64,000 nt of DNA from an uncultured Gammaproteobacteria bacterium (GTDB lineage: Bacteria; Pseudomonadota; Gammaproteobacteria; UBA4575), in contig OX638335.1 of the NCBI GenBank assembly GCA_951812785.1, positions 1,291,902 to 1,355,901 on the forward strand. The letters run 5' to 3'. Each line of letters opens with the position of its first letter. Position 1 is the first letter of the stretch. Of the stretch, positions 32,024-43,880 are shown in pieces. The notes beneath the pieces were generated by a model. That model was not told the DNA's origin. It saw only the letters and a list, made by a program, of their open reading frames with translations, and did no database searches. The position numbers and the translations under genes are program-made.

Positions 32024-33121
32024 TTAAACTAATAGTATTTTCTGTAAATTTTTAATCACTGCATTGCCCATTTCACCGGTAGATACCGCCTTGGTGTTGG
32101 CATCTGCAATATCTTGAGTACGCACGCCCTGCTGAAGAGTTGCAATCACAGCTTGTTCTATATTTTGAGCTGCTTGTTGTTGATTCAATGAGTAACGCAA
32201 TAGCATGGCAACAGACAAAATCGTCGCCAATGGGTTAGCGATACCCTTACCGGCGATATCAGTTGCTGAACCATGAATCGGCTCATACATGCCTTTATTA
32301 TCTTGATTAAGAGATGCTGAAGGCAGCATGCCAATTGAGCCCGTTAACATCGCCGCCGCATCTGAAAGAATGTCGCCAAATAAGTTTGAAGTCACCATGA
32401 CATCAAATTGTTTAGGCGCCCTTACTAGTTGCATTGCAGCGTTATCTACATACATATGACTGAGTTCAACATCAGCATATTCCTGATGCACTTCCTCCAT
32501 GACTTCACGCCATAGCAGAGACACTTCTAGTACGTTAGCTTTATCTACTGAACATAATCGCCTATCGCGTTTCTGCGCAGCAAGAAAGGCCACATGAGCA
32601 ATACGACGAATTTCATTTTCGTCATACACCATAGTGTTGTAAGCCCGACGTACATTATCCTCAACTTCTTGTGCGCGCGGCTGACCAAAATAGATACCAC
32701 CAGTAAGCTCTCTGACTATAAGCAGATCTAGTTCCGCGACTAATTCTGGCTTCAAAGAAGAAGCTGAAGCTAGTTCTGCATACAATAATGCAGGACGTAA
32801 ATTAGCAAATAAATTCAGATGCGCACGTATGTCTAATAGCCCTTGCTCTGGACGCAAATGTCTTTCCACTTGATCGTACTGAGGACCACCTACTGCGCCT
32901 AATAAAATAGCACCACATTCTTCTGCTTGCGCAATCGTTTTAGCTGGGAATGGAGAGTTAGTTTTATCATAAGCCGCACCACCAATCAGACCGTGTTCGA
33001 CTTCTATTGACAAACCATTTTCACGCAAGCATTCAAGCACTTTAACTGCTTCATCAACAATTTCCGGGCCGATCCCATCGCCCGGCAATACTAGTATTTT
33101 AGATTTTTTCAAATTAGCCAT
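32024..33121 (-). CDS. leuB: 3-isopropylmalate dehydrogenase
   Basis: 365 aa reading [13 protein letters not shown]...NLFGDILSD. Confidence 0.95.
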   Translation of the reverse strand: MANLKKSKILVLPGDGIGPEIVDEAVKVLECLRENGLSIEVEHGLIGGAAYDKTNSPFPAKTIAQAEECGAILLGAVGGPQYDQVERHLRPEQGLLDIRAHLNLFANLRPALLYAELASASSLKPELVAELDLLIVRELTGGIYFGQPRAQEVEDNVRRAYNTMVYDENEIRRIAHVAFLAAQKRDRRLCSVDKANVLEVSLLWREVMEEVHQEYADVELSHMYVDNAAMQLVRAPKQFDVMVTSNLFGDILSDAAAMLTGSIGMLPSASLNQDNKGMYEPIHGSATDIAGKGIANPLATILSVAMLLRYSLNQQQAAQNIEQAVIATLQQGVRTQDIADANTKAVSTGEMGNAVIKNLQKILLV

Positions 33122-33758
33122 TAATAAATAACCATGGTGATGACACTTTTAATTTATCTTCATAAGCATGAATTTTATCTTCATACGTCAAGGTAATTCC
33201 AATCTCATCCAAACCGTTTAGCATGCAATGCTTACGGAACTCATCGATATCAAAACTGCATGTGCCGATCGCATCTGAAGTGACCTGTTGCCTATCCAGA
33301 TCAATCGATACTGAGTAATCGGGCTTATTCAAACTTTCATCAAACAATTTATCAACTGCATCCTTTTCTAAAACGATAGGAAGCAATCCATTCTTATAGC
33401 AGTTACTAAAAAATATATCGGCAAAACTTGTTGAAATCACTGCACGAAAACCATAATCCAACATTGCCCACACAGCATGTTCACGCGATGAGCCGCATCC
33501 ATAGTTGTCCCGTGCTAGTAATATTTGTGCATTTTTATATTGCGCATTATTCAGAATAAAATCTGTATCTATACGACGATGACTGTTGTCTTGATCCGGA
33601 TCACCGGGATCTAGGTAACGCCAATCATCAAACAAATTAATTCCAAAACCACTCTTTTTTACAGATTTCAAATATTGCTTAGGAATGATCGCATCGGTAT
33701 CGACATTAGGCCGATCCAATGGCAATAAACTTGATGTCAATGTAGTGAACGATTGCAT
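33114..33758 (-). CDS. leuD: 3-isopropylmalate dehydratase small subunit
   Basis: 214 aa with the LeuD fold. It overlaps leuB by 8 nt. Confidence 0.93.
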   Translation of the reverse strand: MQSFTTLTSSLLPLDRPNVDTDAIIPKQYLKSVKKSGFGINLFDDWRYLDPGDPDQDNSHRRIDTDFILNNAQYKNAQILLARDNYGCGSSREHAVWAMLDYGFRAVISTSFADIFFSNCYKNGLLPIVLEKDAVDKLFDESLNKPDYSVSIDLDRQQVTSDAIGTCSFDIDEFRKHCMLNGLDEIGITLTYEDKIHAYEDKLKVSSPWLFING

Positions 33759-33769
33759 AATTAAACTCT

Positions 33770-35179
33770 TTAGTTAAAGTATTTGCGCGCATCATCAAAA
33801 TGACCCGCAATGCCTGCTGCTGTTGCCATCGCTGGACTGACTAAATGGGTGCGACCACCTTGTCCTTGCCGACCTTCGAAATTTCGGTTCGATGTAGAAG
33901 CACAACGTTCGCCAGATTCTAGTTGATCGGCATTCATACCTAAGCACATAGAGCATCCCGGATCACGCCATTCAAAGCCTGCTGCTTTGAATATTTGATC
34001 TAGCCCTTCTTGCTCTGCTTGACGCTTAACTAATCCTGAGCCTGGCACGATCATTCCCAACTTAACGTTGCTGGCAAGTTGCTTGCCTTGAACAACTTTG
34101 GCGGCTTCACGCAAATCTTCAATTCTAGAATTAGTACATGAGCCTATAAATACTTTATCAACTTTAATTTGATTTATTGCTTGCCCAGGCGTCAAGCCCA
34201 TATAAGCAAGCGCATTACGCATGCCCTCTGCCTTTGTTGCATTTGATTCTGTATCTGGGTCTGGCACCATACCATCAACAGGCACCACCATTTCAGGCGA
34301 GGTCCCCCAGCTCACTTGAGGACTTAATTGACTAGCATCCAGATCAACCGTGCTATCGAAGCTTGCATCATCATCTGATACCAGCTGACGCCAAGACTTT
34401 ACTGCAGCATCCCACATTGCATTTTTAGGCGCAAAAGGACGGCCAGCAATGTACTCAATGGTTTTATCATCAACACCAATCACTCCTGCTCGTGCGCCCG
34501 CTTCGATCGACATATTGCAAATTGTCATACGCGCTTCAATCGACAAGCTTTCAATTGCTTCACCACAAAATTCTATAGTGTGTCCATTGCCACCAGCAGT
34601 ACCAATGTTTGCAATTAACGCCAATACAATATCTTTAGAGTAAACACCTTTGGCTAGTACTCCATGAATATTCACACGCATAGATTTTGTTTTTCTTAAT
34701 AACAAACATTGCGTCGCTAGCACATGTTCTACTTCCGAAGTGCCAATACCAAATGCCAGTGCTGCCAACGCACCATGAGTTGATGTATGCGAATCGCCAC
34801 AGACAATCGTCATGCCCGGCAAACTCGCACCTTGCTCTGGCCCAATCACATGCACGATACCTTGACGCGGATCATTCATTTCGAATTTCTGTAGCGCAAA
34901 AAAATTGCAGTTTTCATCTAACGCTTGCAATTGTTTACGTGAGATTGGGTCGGCAATTTCTTTATCTCGATCTTTAGTCGGCACATTGTGATCGGGCACC
35001 GCAAGGACAGATGCTTTGCGCCATGGCGCACGACCAGCTAAACGTAAGCTTTCAAACGCTTGCGGCGAGGTCACTTCATGCACTAGATGTCGATCAATAT
35101 AGATCAGGCTAGTGTCATCATCCTGTGTATGCACTACATGAGAATTCCACAGCTTGTCGTATAAAGATAATCCGGTCAT
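33770..35179 (-). CDS. leuC: 3-isopropylmalate dehydratase large subunit
   Basis: 469 aa aconitase-family protein with cluster-ligand Cys residues in GSCTNSR and CSMCLGMN. Confidence 0.95.
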   Translation of the reverse strand: MTGLSLYDKLWNSHVVHTQDDDTSLIYIDRHLVHEVTSPQAFESLRLAGRAPWRKASVLAVPDHNVPTKDRDKEIADPISRKQLQALDENCNFFALQKFEMNDPRQGIVHVIGPEQGASLPGMTIVCGDSHTSTHGALAALAFGIGTSEVEHVLATQCLLLRKTKSMRVNIHGVLAKGVYSKDIVLALIANIGTAGGNGHTIEFCGEAIESLSIEARMTICNMSIEAGARAGVIGVDDKTIEYIAGRPFAPKNAMWDAAVKSWRQLVSDDDASFDSTVDLDASQLSPQVSWGTSPEMVVPVDGMVPDPDTESNATKAEGMRNALAYMGLTPGQAINQIKVDKVFIGSCTNSRIEDLREAAKVVQGKQLASNVKLGMIVPGSGLVKRQAEQEGLDQIFKAAGFEWRDPGCSMCLGMNADQLESGERCASTSNRNFEGRQGQGGRTHLVSPAMATAAGIAGHFDDARKYFN

Positions 35180-35277
35180 GGGCGTTAATTTTTAATATTG
35201 TTTACTACTTGTTATTGTTAATTAAATTAATATTGATCGAATTTAGTAATTCGACTTAAATTTCACTCATTGCTTAT

Positions 35278-36375
35278 TTATTTAGACGCAGGTATATCAG
35301 GGAAATCAGTACTGACATTGGCATTTTGGCCGCGATGACGTAACGCATGATCCGCCAACACTAAAGCCATCATTGCTTCCGCAATGGGCACTGCTCGTAT
35401 ACCCACGCATGGATCATGGCGCCCAGTGGTCACCACTTCTGTTTGTTTGCCTTGCTGATCAACAGACTCACCAGATACGCGAATACTTGAAGTGGGCTTT
35501 AATGCAATTGACGCAATCACATCTTGGCCTGAACTAATCCCACCTAATGTTCCACCGGAATTATTTGATAGAAATCCACCTGGTTGAATATTATCGCGGT
35601 GCTCACTCCCGCGCTGTGTAACACAGTCAAATCCAGAACCAATCTCTACTGCTTTCACTGCATTAATAGACATCATTGCTTTACCGATATCAGCATCTAA
35701 GCGATCAAATATAGGTTCTCCCCAACCGACCGGCACACCACTCGCCTGCACCATCAAACGTGCACCAATCGAATCACCCTCGCGACGCAATTGATCTAGC
35801 AATGCTTCTAGTTTAGGCGCTTGGGTTTCATCGCCAAAGAAGAATGGATTATTTTCAACCACATTCCAGCTCATGTTTTGCACACGAATATCACCGATCT
35901 GTGTAACACATGCATGAATCTCAGTTTGGTAATCACGCAATAAAAACTGTTTTGCTATCGCACCAGCAGCAACACGCATGGCTGTTTCTCTCGCCGAAGA
36001 TCGACCGCCACCACGGTAATCACGAATACCGTATTTTTTAAAATAAGTGTAGTCCGCATGACCCGGTCTAAAACTCTGCGCAATATTAGAATAATCTTTG
36101 GAACGCTGATCCTCATTACGAACTATTAATCCAATCGGCGTTCCTGTGGTCATACCTTCAAACACGCCGGACAAAATTTCAACGCGATCTGATTCGCGCC
36201 GTTGCGTAGTAAATTTAGATTGTCCCGGTTTGCGACGATCCAAATCTGGCTGCAAGTGCTCTACCGTTAACGGAATACCAGGAGGACACCCATCAACAAT
36301 TGCGCCAATAGCAGGTCCATGACTTTCCCCGAAGGAGGTCACACAAAATGAAGTTCCAAAAGTATTACCGGACAT
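35278..36375 (-). CDS. aroC: chorismate synthase
   Basis: 365 aa beginning [34 protein letters not shown]. Confidence 0.96.
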   Translation of the reverse strand: MSGNTFGTSFCVTSFGESHGPAIGAIVDGCPPGIPLTVEHLQPDLDRRKPGQSKFTTQRRESDRVEILSGVFEGMTTGTPIGLIVRNEDQRSKDYSNIAQSFRPGHADYTYFKKYGIRDYRGGGRSSARETAMRVAAGAIAKQFLLRDYQTEIHACVTQIGDIRVQNMSWNVVENNPFFFGDETQAPKLEALLDQLRREGDSIGARLMVQASGVPVGWGEPIFDRLDADIGKAMMSINAVKAVEIGSGFDCVTQRGSEHRDNIQPGGFLSNNSGGTLGGISSGQDVIASIALKPTSSIRVSGESVDQQGKQTEVVTTGRHDPCVGIRAVPIAEAMMALVLADHALRHRGQNANVSTDFPDIPASK

Positions 36376-36380
36376 TTAAT

Positions 36381-37301
36381 TTACTCAACAGAATTTGTTT
36401 CAAAAATTTGCTTACATTCATCGTAAGTCAATACACATATCCCCTCTCCACCATGTTCTAACTCATGCCACATGAAATCATAGAGTGGAAACTGTGCTTG
36501 CAACGCAAGCGCTGACTGACCCACTTCTAACACCAAGATACCCTTTTGTTCGAGAAACTGACTCGCACCGAAAATAATCCGCTTGGCGATATCAAGGCCG
36601 TCCTCTCCAGCAAATAAGGCATGCGCTGGCTCATGGGAAAACTCACTAGGCAAATCTGACTGCTCCGACACGGGAACATACGGCGGATTGGCGACGATAA
36701 TATCATATTGATCGCCAGGAAGTTGCTCGTAGACATCTGAAAGTACAGCATTTATACGAGATTCCAGACCGTGAAAGGCAATATTCTTACTCGCAACTTG
36801 TAGTGCTTGGGGATCAACATCACTGACATCGACTTGAGAATCTTTGAATTCTAATGCTGCCAGTATCCCCAAACAGCCGCTACCTGTGCACAGATCCAGA
36901 ATTCTTCTTACCGACAGCTTATCTGGCCACCAAGGGAAAAATCGATCGTCTATCATTTCCGCAATCGGCGAGCACGGAATTAACACATGTTCATTAACGT
37001 AGAACTTCATCCCTAAAAATAAGGTTTCACCCAACAAATAAGCCAGAGAAGTGCGAGAAAATATGCGTTTGTGCAAAAAAACTTGTAGTCGATCAATTTC
37101 AGCCTGATCAAGCAATTGCGCTGCCGATTGTCCATCAAAATCGGGTGGCAATCCAACTACAAAACTGACAAGATACGCGGCCTCATCTATTGAGGTTTGT
37201 ATACCGTGACCGTAATTTAACGGGTACTTTTGCAAAAGATCAGTAATTTCGTACACTGCTTCTGCAATGGTATTGCAAGACAGTACTGTAGGATTTTTCA
37301 T
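36381..37301 (-). CDS. prmB: ribosomal protein L3 glutamine N5-methyltransferase (HemK family)
   Basis: 306 aa with a SAM-binding motif (LDLCTGSGC) and an NPPY motif (IVANPPYVP). The conserved prmB-aroC adjacency matches E. coli. Confidence 0.85.
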   Translation of the reverse strand: MKNPTVLSCNTIAEAVYEITDLLQKYPLNYGHGIQTSIDEAAYLVSFVVGLPPDFDGQSAAQLLDQAEIDRLQVFLHKRIFSRTSLAYLLGETLFLGMKFYVNEHVLIPCSPIAEMIDDRFFPWWPDKLSVRRILDLCTGSGCLGILAALEFKDSQVDVSDVDPQALQVASKNIAFHGLESRINAVLSDVYEQLPGDQYDIIVANPPYVPVSEQSDLPSEFSHEPAHALFAGEDGLDIAKRIIFGASQFLEQKGILVLEVGQSALALQAQFPLYDFMWHELEHGGEGICVLTYDECKQIFETNSVE

Positions 37302-37363
37302 CCTTGACTGATTAATTAAATTTATTCAAGTCGATAACCTTTAGCCTTATAACGATAACAATC

Positions 37364-38008
37364 ATGAACGCGATAAACAAAGCAATCTTAGTTATCCTAG
37401 CGATTGCTGTTTCTATTGGCTTAGGCATTTACGCATCCGGCAAGCAATTTGCGTTAGGCGATATTCATCAACAGCTAAAACAGGCAACCTATTTATACGA
37501 CCAACAGAAGTCTATCGCGAACTTCACGCTGATCGATTACGACAACAATATACTTACCCCTGACAGTATCAAGGGGGCATGGACATTTTGGTTCTTTGGC
37601 TTCACTCATTGTCCCGACATTTGCCCAATCACATTAGGCATCTTAAGCGCCACTGTGAATAAATTAAAGTCGAAACACAATATAGAAGACGATATAAAAA
37701 TTATTTTTGTGTCAGTCGACCCGGAACGAGACCAGCCAGCAAAGTTAAAGTCTTATACCAACGCTTTTAGTGCACATGCGCTAGGCGTCACTGCTCCATC
37801 AAAACAACTCGCACCATTTTTAAAGAATATGGGCATTATTGCTATCAAGCAATTACCCAAACAAGAATCATCAGACTACTCAGTCGATCACAGTAGTTCA
37901 ATTTTCTTAATTGCTCCAGACACAGGAATTAGTGCTGTTTTTGGCGCACCGCATAATGCTGAGGATATCGTTCAAGACTTTTTAACTATTCGTAAATTTT
38001 ATCAATAA
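37364..38008 (+). CDS. SCO1/SenC-family copper chaperone / thiol-disulfide protein
   Basis: 214 aa with an N-terminal TM anchor and a thioredoxin-like fold carrying HCPDICP (CxxxC). Confidence 0.8.
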   Translation: MNAINKAILVILAIAVSIGLGIYASGKQFALGDIHQQLKQATYLYDQQKSIANFTLIDYDNNILTPDSIKGAWTFWFFGFTHCPDICPITLGILSATVNKLKSKHNIEDDIKIIFVSVDPERDQPAKLKSYTNAFSAHALGVTAPSKQLAPFLKNMGIIAIKQLPKQESSDYSVDHSSSIFLIAPDTGISAVFGAPHNAEDIVQDFLTIRKFYQ

Positions 38009-38883
38009 TGGAATCAACGCTTGCTACACCCTGGGAAAAGCTAAAAAGCTTAATCTTTCACTGCTTTCCACATCATTTATTGTCACGCACAACATTTTGG
38101 CTCACGCGCCAACGCCTACCTTTTGTAGGGGCATTAATTAAAGCCTTTATCAGCACTTTCAAAGTTGATATGAAGGATGCTGTCGTTGATGACATTTCCC
38201 AATATCCAACATTCAATGAATTTTTCACGCGCGAGTTAAAACCTGGCACACGTCCGATCAACAAAAGCACAGAATGCATTGCCTCTCCTTGCGATGGCAA
38301 AATCAGCATGTTTGGCGATATTGATCAACACACGCTTTTACAAGCAAAAGGCAAAACATTCACTCTCAATGAGTTCTTAACGCCTAACTGCAAATATCTA
38401 GAACAATTTATTGGCGGTAGCTTTTATACAATTTATTTGTCCCCACGCGATTACCATCGCGTGCATAGCGCCTATGCAGGTCAGCTATTAGAAATGATTT
38501 ATGTTCCAGGCAGATTATTTAGCGTTGCCCCATATGCACCAAAAGCAATTGAGAAATTATATGCGCGCAACGAAAGAGTGGTCTCCATCTTCAAAGTAGA
38601 CAGCGGCTATATGGCTATTACCATGGTAGGCGCCGTTAACGTGGCTGCAATTGAAATGACTTGGGAAGGGTTAGTGACCCCCCCACACTTAAACACCTCT
38701 GTTCACTATGATTATGGTGATCGATCCATATCGTTACAGAAAGGAGAGCAGATAGGCACATTCAATATGGGCTCAACCGTGGTGATGATGTTTTCAAAAA
38801 ATTATGCGCAGGCATTAAAACAATTGCATATTGACCAGCCTATTAAAATGGGAGAAACCATCGCCAAACGCACAAAGGCTTAA
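38008..38883 (+). CDS. psd: phosphatidylserine decarboxylase proenzyme
   Basis: 291 aa with the GST self-cleavage motif (MGSTVVMM). It overlaps the SCO1 stop codon by 1 nt (TAATG). Confidence 0.9.
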   Translation: MESTLATPWEKLKSLIFHCFPHHLLSRTTFWLTRQRLPFVGALIKAFISTFKVDMKDAVVDDISQYPTFNEFFTRELKPGTRPINKSTECIASPCDGKISMFGDIDQHTLLQAKGKTFTLNEFLTPNCKYLEQFIGGSFYTIYLSPRDYHRVHSAYAGQLLEMIYVPGRLFSVAPYAPKAIEKLYARNERVVSIFKVDSGYMAITMVGAVNVAAIEMTWEGLVTPPHLNTSVHYDYGDRSISLQKGEQIGTFNMGSTVVMMFSKNYAQALKQLHIDQPIKMGETIAKRTKA

Positions 38884-39836
38884 GCCCTAGACCAATCAAA
38901 GCTAATAACCTCTGCTAATGAAGATGCACCTAGTGCTAACATCAAGACGCGATCAAAACCAACAGCAACACCCGCACATTCTGGCAGACCCTGTCGTAGT
39001 GCAGCTATTAGACGCTGATCAATTTCAATCTCTGTTAATCCTCTATCCTTGCGATTTTTTTGATCATTAGCAAACCGATCTAGTTGTTGTTCAGGATCTA
39101 ATAACTCCACGTAGCCATTAGCCAGTTCCACCCCCTTGTAAAACACTTCAAACCTTTCAGCGACAGAATCATCATCGTCATTTATCTTAGATAAAGCAGC
39201 TTGTGCAGCAGGATAGTGGAACACCACAGTAATAGATTGTTCACACATTGCAAATTCAACTTTATGTGAGAATAAAAAATCTATGCATTGCTGCGATGAC
39301 AAATCCGCTCGTAACACCAAACCATTTTCCACGGCTAGCTGTTTAATCTCATTACCAGTCAAAGACTGCAGAGACACTCCTAGAGATTTTTCAGCTAAAT
39401 CGTAGTAACTAATATATTCAATATTAATAAATGCATCACTTGCCGTTAACAGACACGAAATAAGATCAACCGTTTCCTCCATAATTTGTTGTAATGAATA
39501 CTCGCGCCGATACCATTCAATTATGGTGAATTCAGGATTATGCAAATCGCCCAGCTCACCTACACGAAAAGATTTACATATTTGAAAAATATCTGGTGCG
39601 CCATCAGCTAGCAGTCGCTTCATGGCATATTCAGGAGAGGTTTGTAGATATCGTTGAGCGCCATCAGCAAAAAAACCAAACGACTCAATATTTGCTTCAG
39701 TTACTGTATATGCGCATGCTAGAGGTGTCTCTACCTCCAGCACATTACGTTCAGAGAAAAAGCTGCGCGACTGATTCAGTAGCTGTGCGCGTTGCTCCAG
39801 ATTATACAAACTAGCTGTCGAGCGCCAATCAGACAT
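38880..39836 (-). CDS. epmA: elongation factor P--(R)-beta-lysine ligase
   Basis: 318 aa truncated class-II LysRS catalytic paralog with no anticodon-binding domain, reading ...LEVETPLAC... and ending ...AGVAVGFDRVLML. Confidence 0.85.
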   Translation of the reverse strand: MSDWRSTASLYNLEQRAQLLNQSRSFFSERNVLEVETPLACAYTVTEANIESFGFFADGAQRYLQTSPEYAMKRLLADGAPDIFQICKSFRVGELGDLHNPEFTIIEWYRREYSLQQIMEETVDLISCLLTASDAFINIEYISYYDLAEKSLGVSLQSLTGNEIKQLAVENGLVLRADLSSQQCIDFLFSHKVEFAMCEQSITVVFHYPAAQAALSKINDDDDSVAERFEVFYKGVELANGYVELLDPEQQLDRFANDQKNRKDRGLTEIEIDQRLIAALRQGLPECAGVAVGFDRVLMLALGASSLAEVISFDWSRA

Positions 39837-39853
39837 GGAACTAAATTAACAGA

Positions 39854-40426
39854 CTAATTATCTTTTACCCGAGACACATATTCGCCTGTACGCGTATCAA
39901 TCTTGATCACTTCGCCCTCTTCAACAAAAAGAGGTACCTTCACTGTTGCCCCAGTTTCAAGCGTGGCTGGCTTAGTGGCACCTTGTGCTGTATCACCTTT
40001 CACACCAGGATCAGATTGAGTGATTTTTAATTCCACAAAATTTGGCGCAGTCACCAACAAAGGCGCTCTATTATACAATGTGACTTGGCAGACATCCTGA
40101 TCTTTCAACCACTTAGAAGTTTCCCCTACGGCAGTTTTATCAGCAGCATGCTGCTCAAATGTGCTTTGATCCATAAAATGCCAATATTCACCATCCGTAT
40201 ATAAATATTGCATATCTACATCCATAACATCAGCTCCCTCTACACTATCTCCAGACTTGAAGGTACGATCCACCACTCGCCCTGTCTTAAGGTTGCGAAT
40301 CCTGACTCGGTTAAATGCTTGACCTTTACCAGGTTTTACAAATTCATTTTCCACGATGGAATGAGGATCTCCATCAAGCATAATTTTAAGACCTGATTTG
40401 AATTCGCTAGTACTGTAATTTGACAT
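39854..40426 (-). CDS. efp: elongation factor P
   Basis: 190 aa. The loop [11 protein letters not shown] carries the conserved Lys that is beta-lysylated (not Arg), which is consistent with the flanking epmA and epmB. Confidence 0.95.
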   Translation of the reverse strand: MSNYSTSEFKSGLKIMLDGDPHSIVENEFVKPGKGQAFNRVRIRNLKTGRVVDRTFKSGDSVEGADVMDVDMQYLYTDGEYWHFMDQSTFEQHAADKTAVGETSKWLKDQDVCQVTLYNRAPLLVTAPNFVELKITQSDPGVKGDTAQGATKPATLETGATVKVPLFVEEGEVIKIDTRTGEYVSRVKDN

Positions 40427-40458
40427 AAAGATAACTTTGATAATTTAGAGGATTCAAC

Positions 40459-41451
40459 ATGATACCGCGTAAGCAAACAGCAGAACATCCCCTACACTGG
40501 AAAAAGTTATTTGCAAAAATATATGTGGGCATTAAAGAAATGTCTAATAATGCGGCAGATTACTCAATTAGCTTAGACGAACTGACTAAAGTTAATTCGT
40601 TATTCCCAATTCAAGTATCCCAGCAATTTCTCGAAAGCCACAGCCTTGATGGGCCAGTATTAAGACAGTACCTAGCAAGTACACAAGAGCTAATAGACCC
40701 ACCAGGTTACACACATGACCCAGTTGGTGACATTTCGGCAACCTTACAGCCCGGTGTGATCAAGAAATATAATCACCGTGTATTGCTAATCACCAACAAC
40801 ACCTGTCCAATACATTGCCGTTATTGCTTTAGAAAAGATTTCCCTTATCCTCAATCCAATCCCAATACGCATCACTTCAAACAAGCACTAACTTTTTGCC
40901 AACAAGACAAATCTGTGAATGAAGTCATCCTCAGCGGTGGGGACCCACTTAGCTTAGAAGATGAAATTCTCAATTATCTTTTTAAATCGCTAGAAAAAAT
41001 TTCTCATATCAAAACGATTCGCTTACACACAAAATTTCCCTCTGTATTTCCTGAGCGCATCACACATGAATTACTCGCCACACTCAACAGCTCTACACTC
41101 AACAAAGTATGTGTATTTCACATCAATCACCCCGATGAAATTAATCAGAAATTTTGTGATGTAGTGCAAAAAATCAAACAAACAAATACAACTACACTCA
41201 ATCAATCTGTGCTGCTAAATAATGTCAACAACAATGCTGATGTGCTGATTGATTTATCTAATAAATTATTTGCAGCTGGCATCCTTCCTTATTACCTGCA
41301 CATGCTTGACCACGCCAAAGGAACACACCACTTCAAGGTCCCAAATAAAGAGGCCAAACAAATCATCCAACAAATGAAAGACAATCTCCCCGGCTACTTG
41401 GTGCCTAAACTTGCTCAGGAAATTTCTGGCCAAAACAGCAAATCTTACTAA
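40459..41451 (+). CDS. epmB: EF-P beta-lysylation protein EpmB (lysine 2,3-aminomutase family, radical SAM)
   Basis: 330 aa with the radical-SAM motif CPIHCRYCFRK in a KamA-like fold. Confidence 0.88.
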   Translation: MIPRKQTAEHPLHWKKLFAKIYVGIKEMSNNAADYSISLDELTKVNSLFPIQVSQQFLESHSLDGPVLRQYLASTQELIDPPGYTHDPVGDISATLQPGVIKKYNHRVLLITNNTCPIHCRYCFRKDFPYPQSNPNTHHFKQALTFCQQDKSVNEVILSGGDPLSLEDEILNYLFKSLEKISHIKTIRLHTKFPSVFPERITHELLATLNSSTLNKVCVFHINHPDEINQKFCDVVQKIKQTNTTTLNQSVLLNNVNNNADVLIDLSNKLFAAGILPYYLHMLDHAKGTHHFKVPNKEAKQIIQQMKDNLPGYLVPKLAQEISGQNSKSY

Positions 41452-41588
41452 GACCTCTAACCTATTAATTGTTAATCATTTTATTGAAATTTTCTAGTTG
41501 ATAAGACAGCCACAAACTTCAAACTGGATAACAGTCATACTTATTCATACCTATTAGGATAAACGGAGCACTACTGCCGACCAATAGG

Positions 41589-41611
41589 CGGCTAGCTAGC
41601 CGATTTTTATT
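41589..41611 (+). terminator. palindrome plus T-run downstream of epmB
   Basis: The perfect palindrome cggctagctagccg is followed by atttttatt. It lies about 140 nt after the epmB stop codon. The stem is short, so confidence is modest. Confidence 0.35.
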
Positions 41612-41827
41612 AGCACAAGTTTTAAAATCTAAAGTTGGAAATTTAAACCTGATAGGAAGTTATTAGACATGTGAATCTATACGTCTACACAGAATCCATT
41701 GACACAACCAGATATTGCATCCACTCCGCGTCAAGAAATGGAGCAACGTCAACCCCAAAAACCAAGAAAAATATTCAGCAACTAATAATGATAATCGCTT
41801 TACCGAAAGGGCACGACTTATAAACAC

Positions 41828-43880
41828 ATGAATCAAACATTAAAAATATTGGTGATTGACCAAGATGCAAACAATGCTGACAATATTGTGCGAACAATAA
41901 AATCAGCAGGTTTTGCGGTGCAAAAGACCATTGTTTCATCCAAAGAGCAACTCGAAGAAGTAAAAAATTTAGAGATAAATCCTCACATTACCATTCAAAC
42001 TAACAATATTAGTGAGCTAGGCATCCGAGATACTCGCTCTTGCTTTACGACAGATTCTCACGAAGCACCGATAGTTGCACTTTGTGAAGACGCATCTACC
42101 CAGCAATCAAAATTATTCATGGATGGTGCCCATACTGTACTACCTTACAATGACAGCGAACAGTTAAAACACGTGACGTCACGTCTTGCGCAGACAGAAT
42201 TTTACATTCAGGCCTTAAAAGCACAAGCAGATAACTATATAGAACTAAGTCAACGTTACAATAAAATTCTTGATAACTCACGCGACGCCATCTGTTATAT
42301 CCACGAGGGATTACATACTTACGCTAATGCATCATATTTAAAATTATTCGAAATTGAAGACTTCAAAGACGCAAGCGTATTATCAATATTAGAATTAGTG
42401 TCACCTGATGACAAAGCATCATTAAAATCGATACTAAAAGACGTTAGCAAGAATCACACTTCCGGAACTACTAGCCTAAGTTTTAAATCAGGCGATGAAT
42501 TTTTCTATCCCGATATCGAATACAGTCCGATATTAATTGATGGCGAGACCTGCGTACAATTTATATTGCACATGCAAACAAGTGAACCCAAAGACCTGCA
42601 AGAGCAGTTTAGTTATATTAATGAGCATGAAGCTGGTTTCTCCCACAAAAAAATCGTTTACTGACAAAATCCAAGAAGCAATTAAATTTGCCCAAGCTGG
42701 AAAAATTCCGTCGACTTATATTCAGATTGACATTGCCAATATCGATGCCATCAGAGATCAATTTGGTATCAGTGCAATTGACAAGCTGAACTCACATATA
42801 GCTGAAGCGCTTAAACAAGTATGTAACGACGAGGAAGTACTTGGAAAAATCAATGACAAATCATTCGCCATACTGACTTCCGAGAATAACGAAAATAAAC
42901 TAGTTGCATTAGGCGCATGCCTTAGAGATGCAATCGACAAAAATCCAGCCACAACCAAAAACCAAAAGATTTCTCCGGAGTTATATATAGGCGCCACATC
43001 ATTAGGTCTAGACCTGAGAAAAGTCACAGATGTTTTATCTACAGCTAAATCAGCATGTGACCATGCCTGGGAAAATAAAATGCAGGAACTTTATATTTTC
43101 GCTGAAGAATCACGTAGCCTGACTGGCACATTCCTGGATCAAAAATGGAAGCAAGAGTTACAAGATGCTACTCGCGAAAATAGATTTCTACTATTAGTCC
43201 AGCCGATTGTTAGCATTAATGGAAAAACTGAGAATCGTTACCAAATATATACTCAGCTAGTCAGCAAAGAAGGTGCAAAAATTTCTTTGGCCGAGTTGCT
43301 ACCAAGTATAGAGAGAGCAAACGTGTCAATAATGCTTGACCGCTGGGTAGCAACCACAGCAATTAAAAAACTTGCTGAACATACTGATAAAAGTCCTAAA
43401 TCTCAGTTTTTCATTAAATGAACTACAGGTGCTTTAAACGATCAACAATTCGCAGTATGGTTAGAAAAACAATGTAAAAGCAATAATGTCGATCCATCTA
43501 GGCTAGTCTTTAATATGCGTGAAGAAAGCATCATTAGCCACTTAAAAGATTCGCGCGAATTCGCAGCTCAGTTACAACAGCTTGGTTGTCAAATTGCTAT
43601 TGATGCATTCGGAATCAGCCGAGAGCCAGAAAAGATTCTATCGATGATTCCTGCCAGTTACTTAAAGCTAAGTTTTCAGCTAATGGCCAGCCTTAAGAAT
43701 GGTGATAAAGAGCGCATTGAAGAGATTAGACATATATGCAAACAGGCAAAACAGAAAAATACTATGATAATCGCACCATTCGTAGAATCTGCAGAAGCTT
43801 TACCTCAGATTTGGTCAGTCAATGTTGATTTTGTTAGCGAAGACTTCTTCTGCGAGCCTGACGAGAACTTAAGTTACAAC
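41828..43880 (+). pseudogene. FimX-like c-di-GMP protein (REC-PAS-degenerate GGDEF-degenerate EAL), disrupted by a frameshift and an in-frame TGA
   Basis: Three track ORFs concatenate into one protein of about 690 aa. They are 41828..42664 (REC-like KILVIDQD... plus PAS), 42537..43421 and 43515..44168. The middle ORF carries a GGDEF-like domain with NDKSF in place of GGDEF, and the EAL start with QIY in place of EAL. The last ORF carries the rest of the EAL domain, IDAFGIS...IAPFVES...VDFVSEDFF. ORF A joins ORF B through a -1 shift in the A7 run at 42647-42653. ORFs B and C are in the same frame and are separated only by the TGA at 43419-43421. The 3' limit is uncertain. The open frame runs antisense through htpX to 44168, but the EAL homology ends near 43880. 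Confidence 0.65.
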
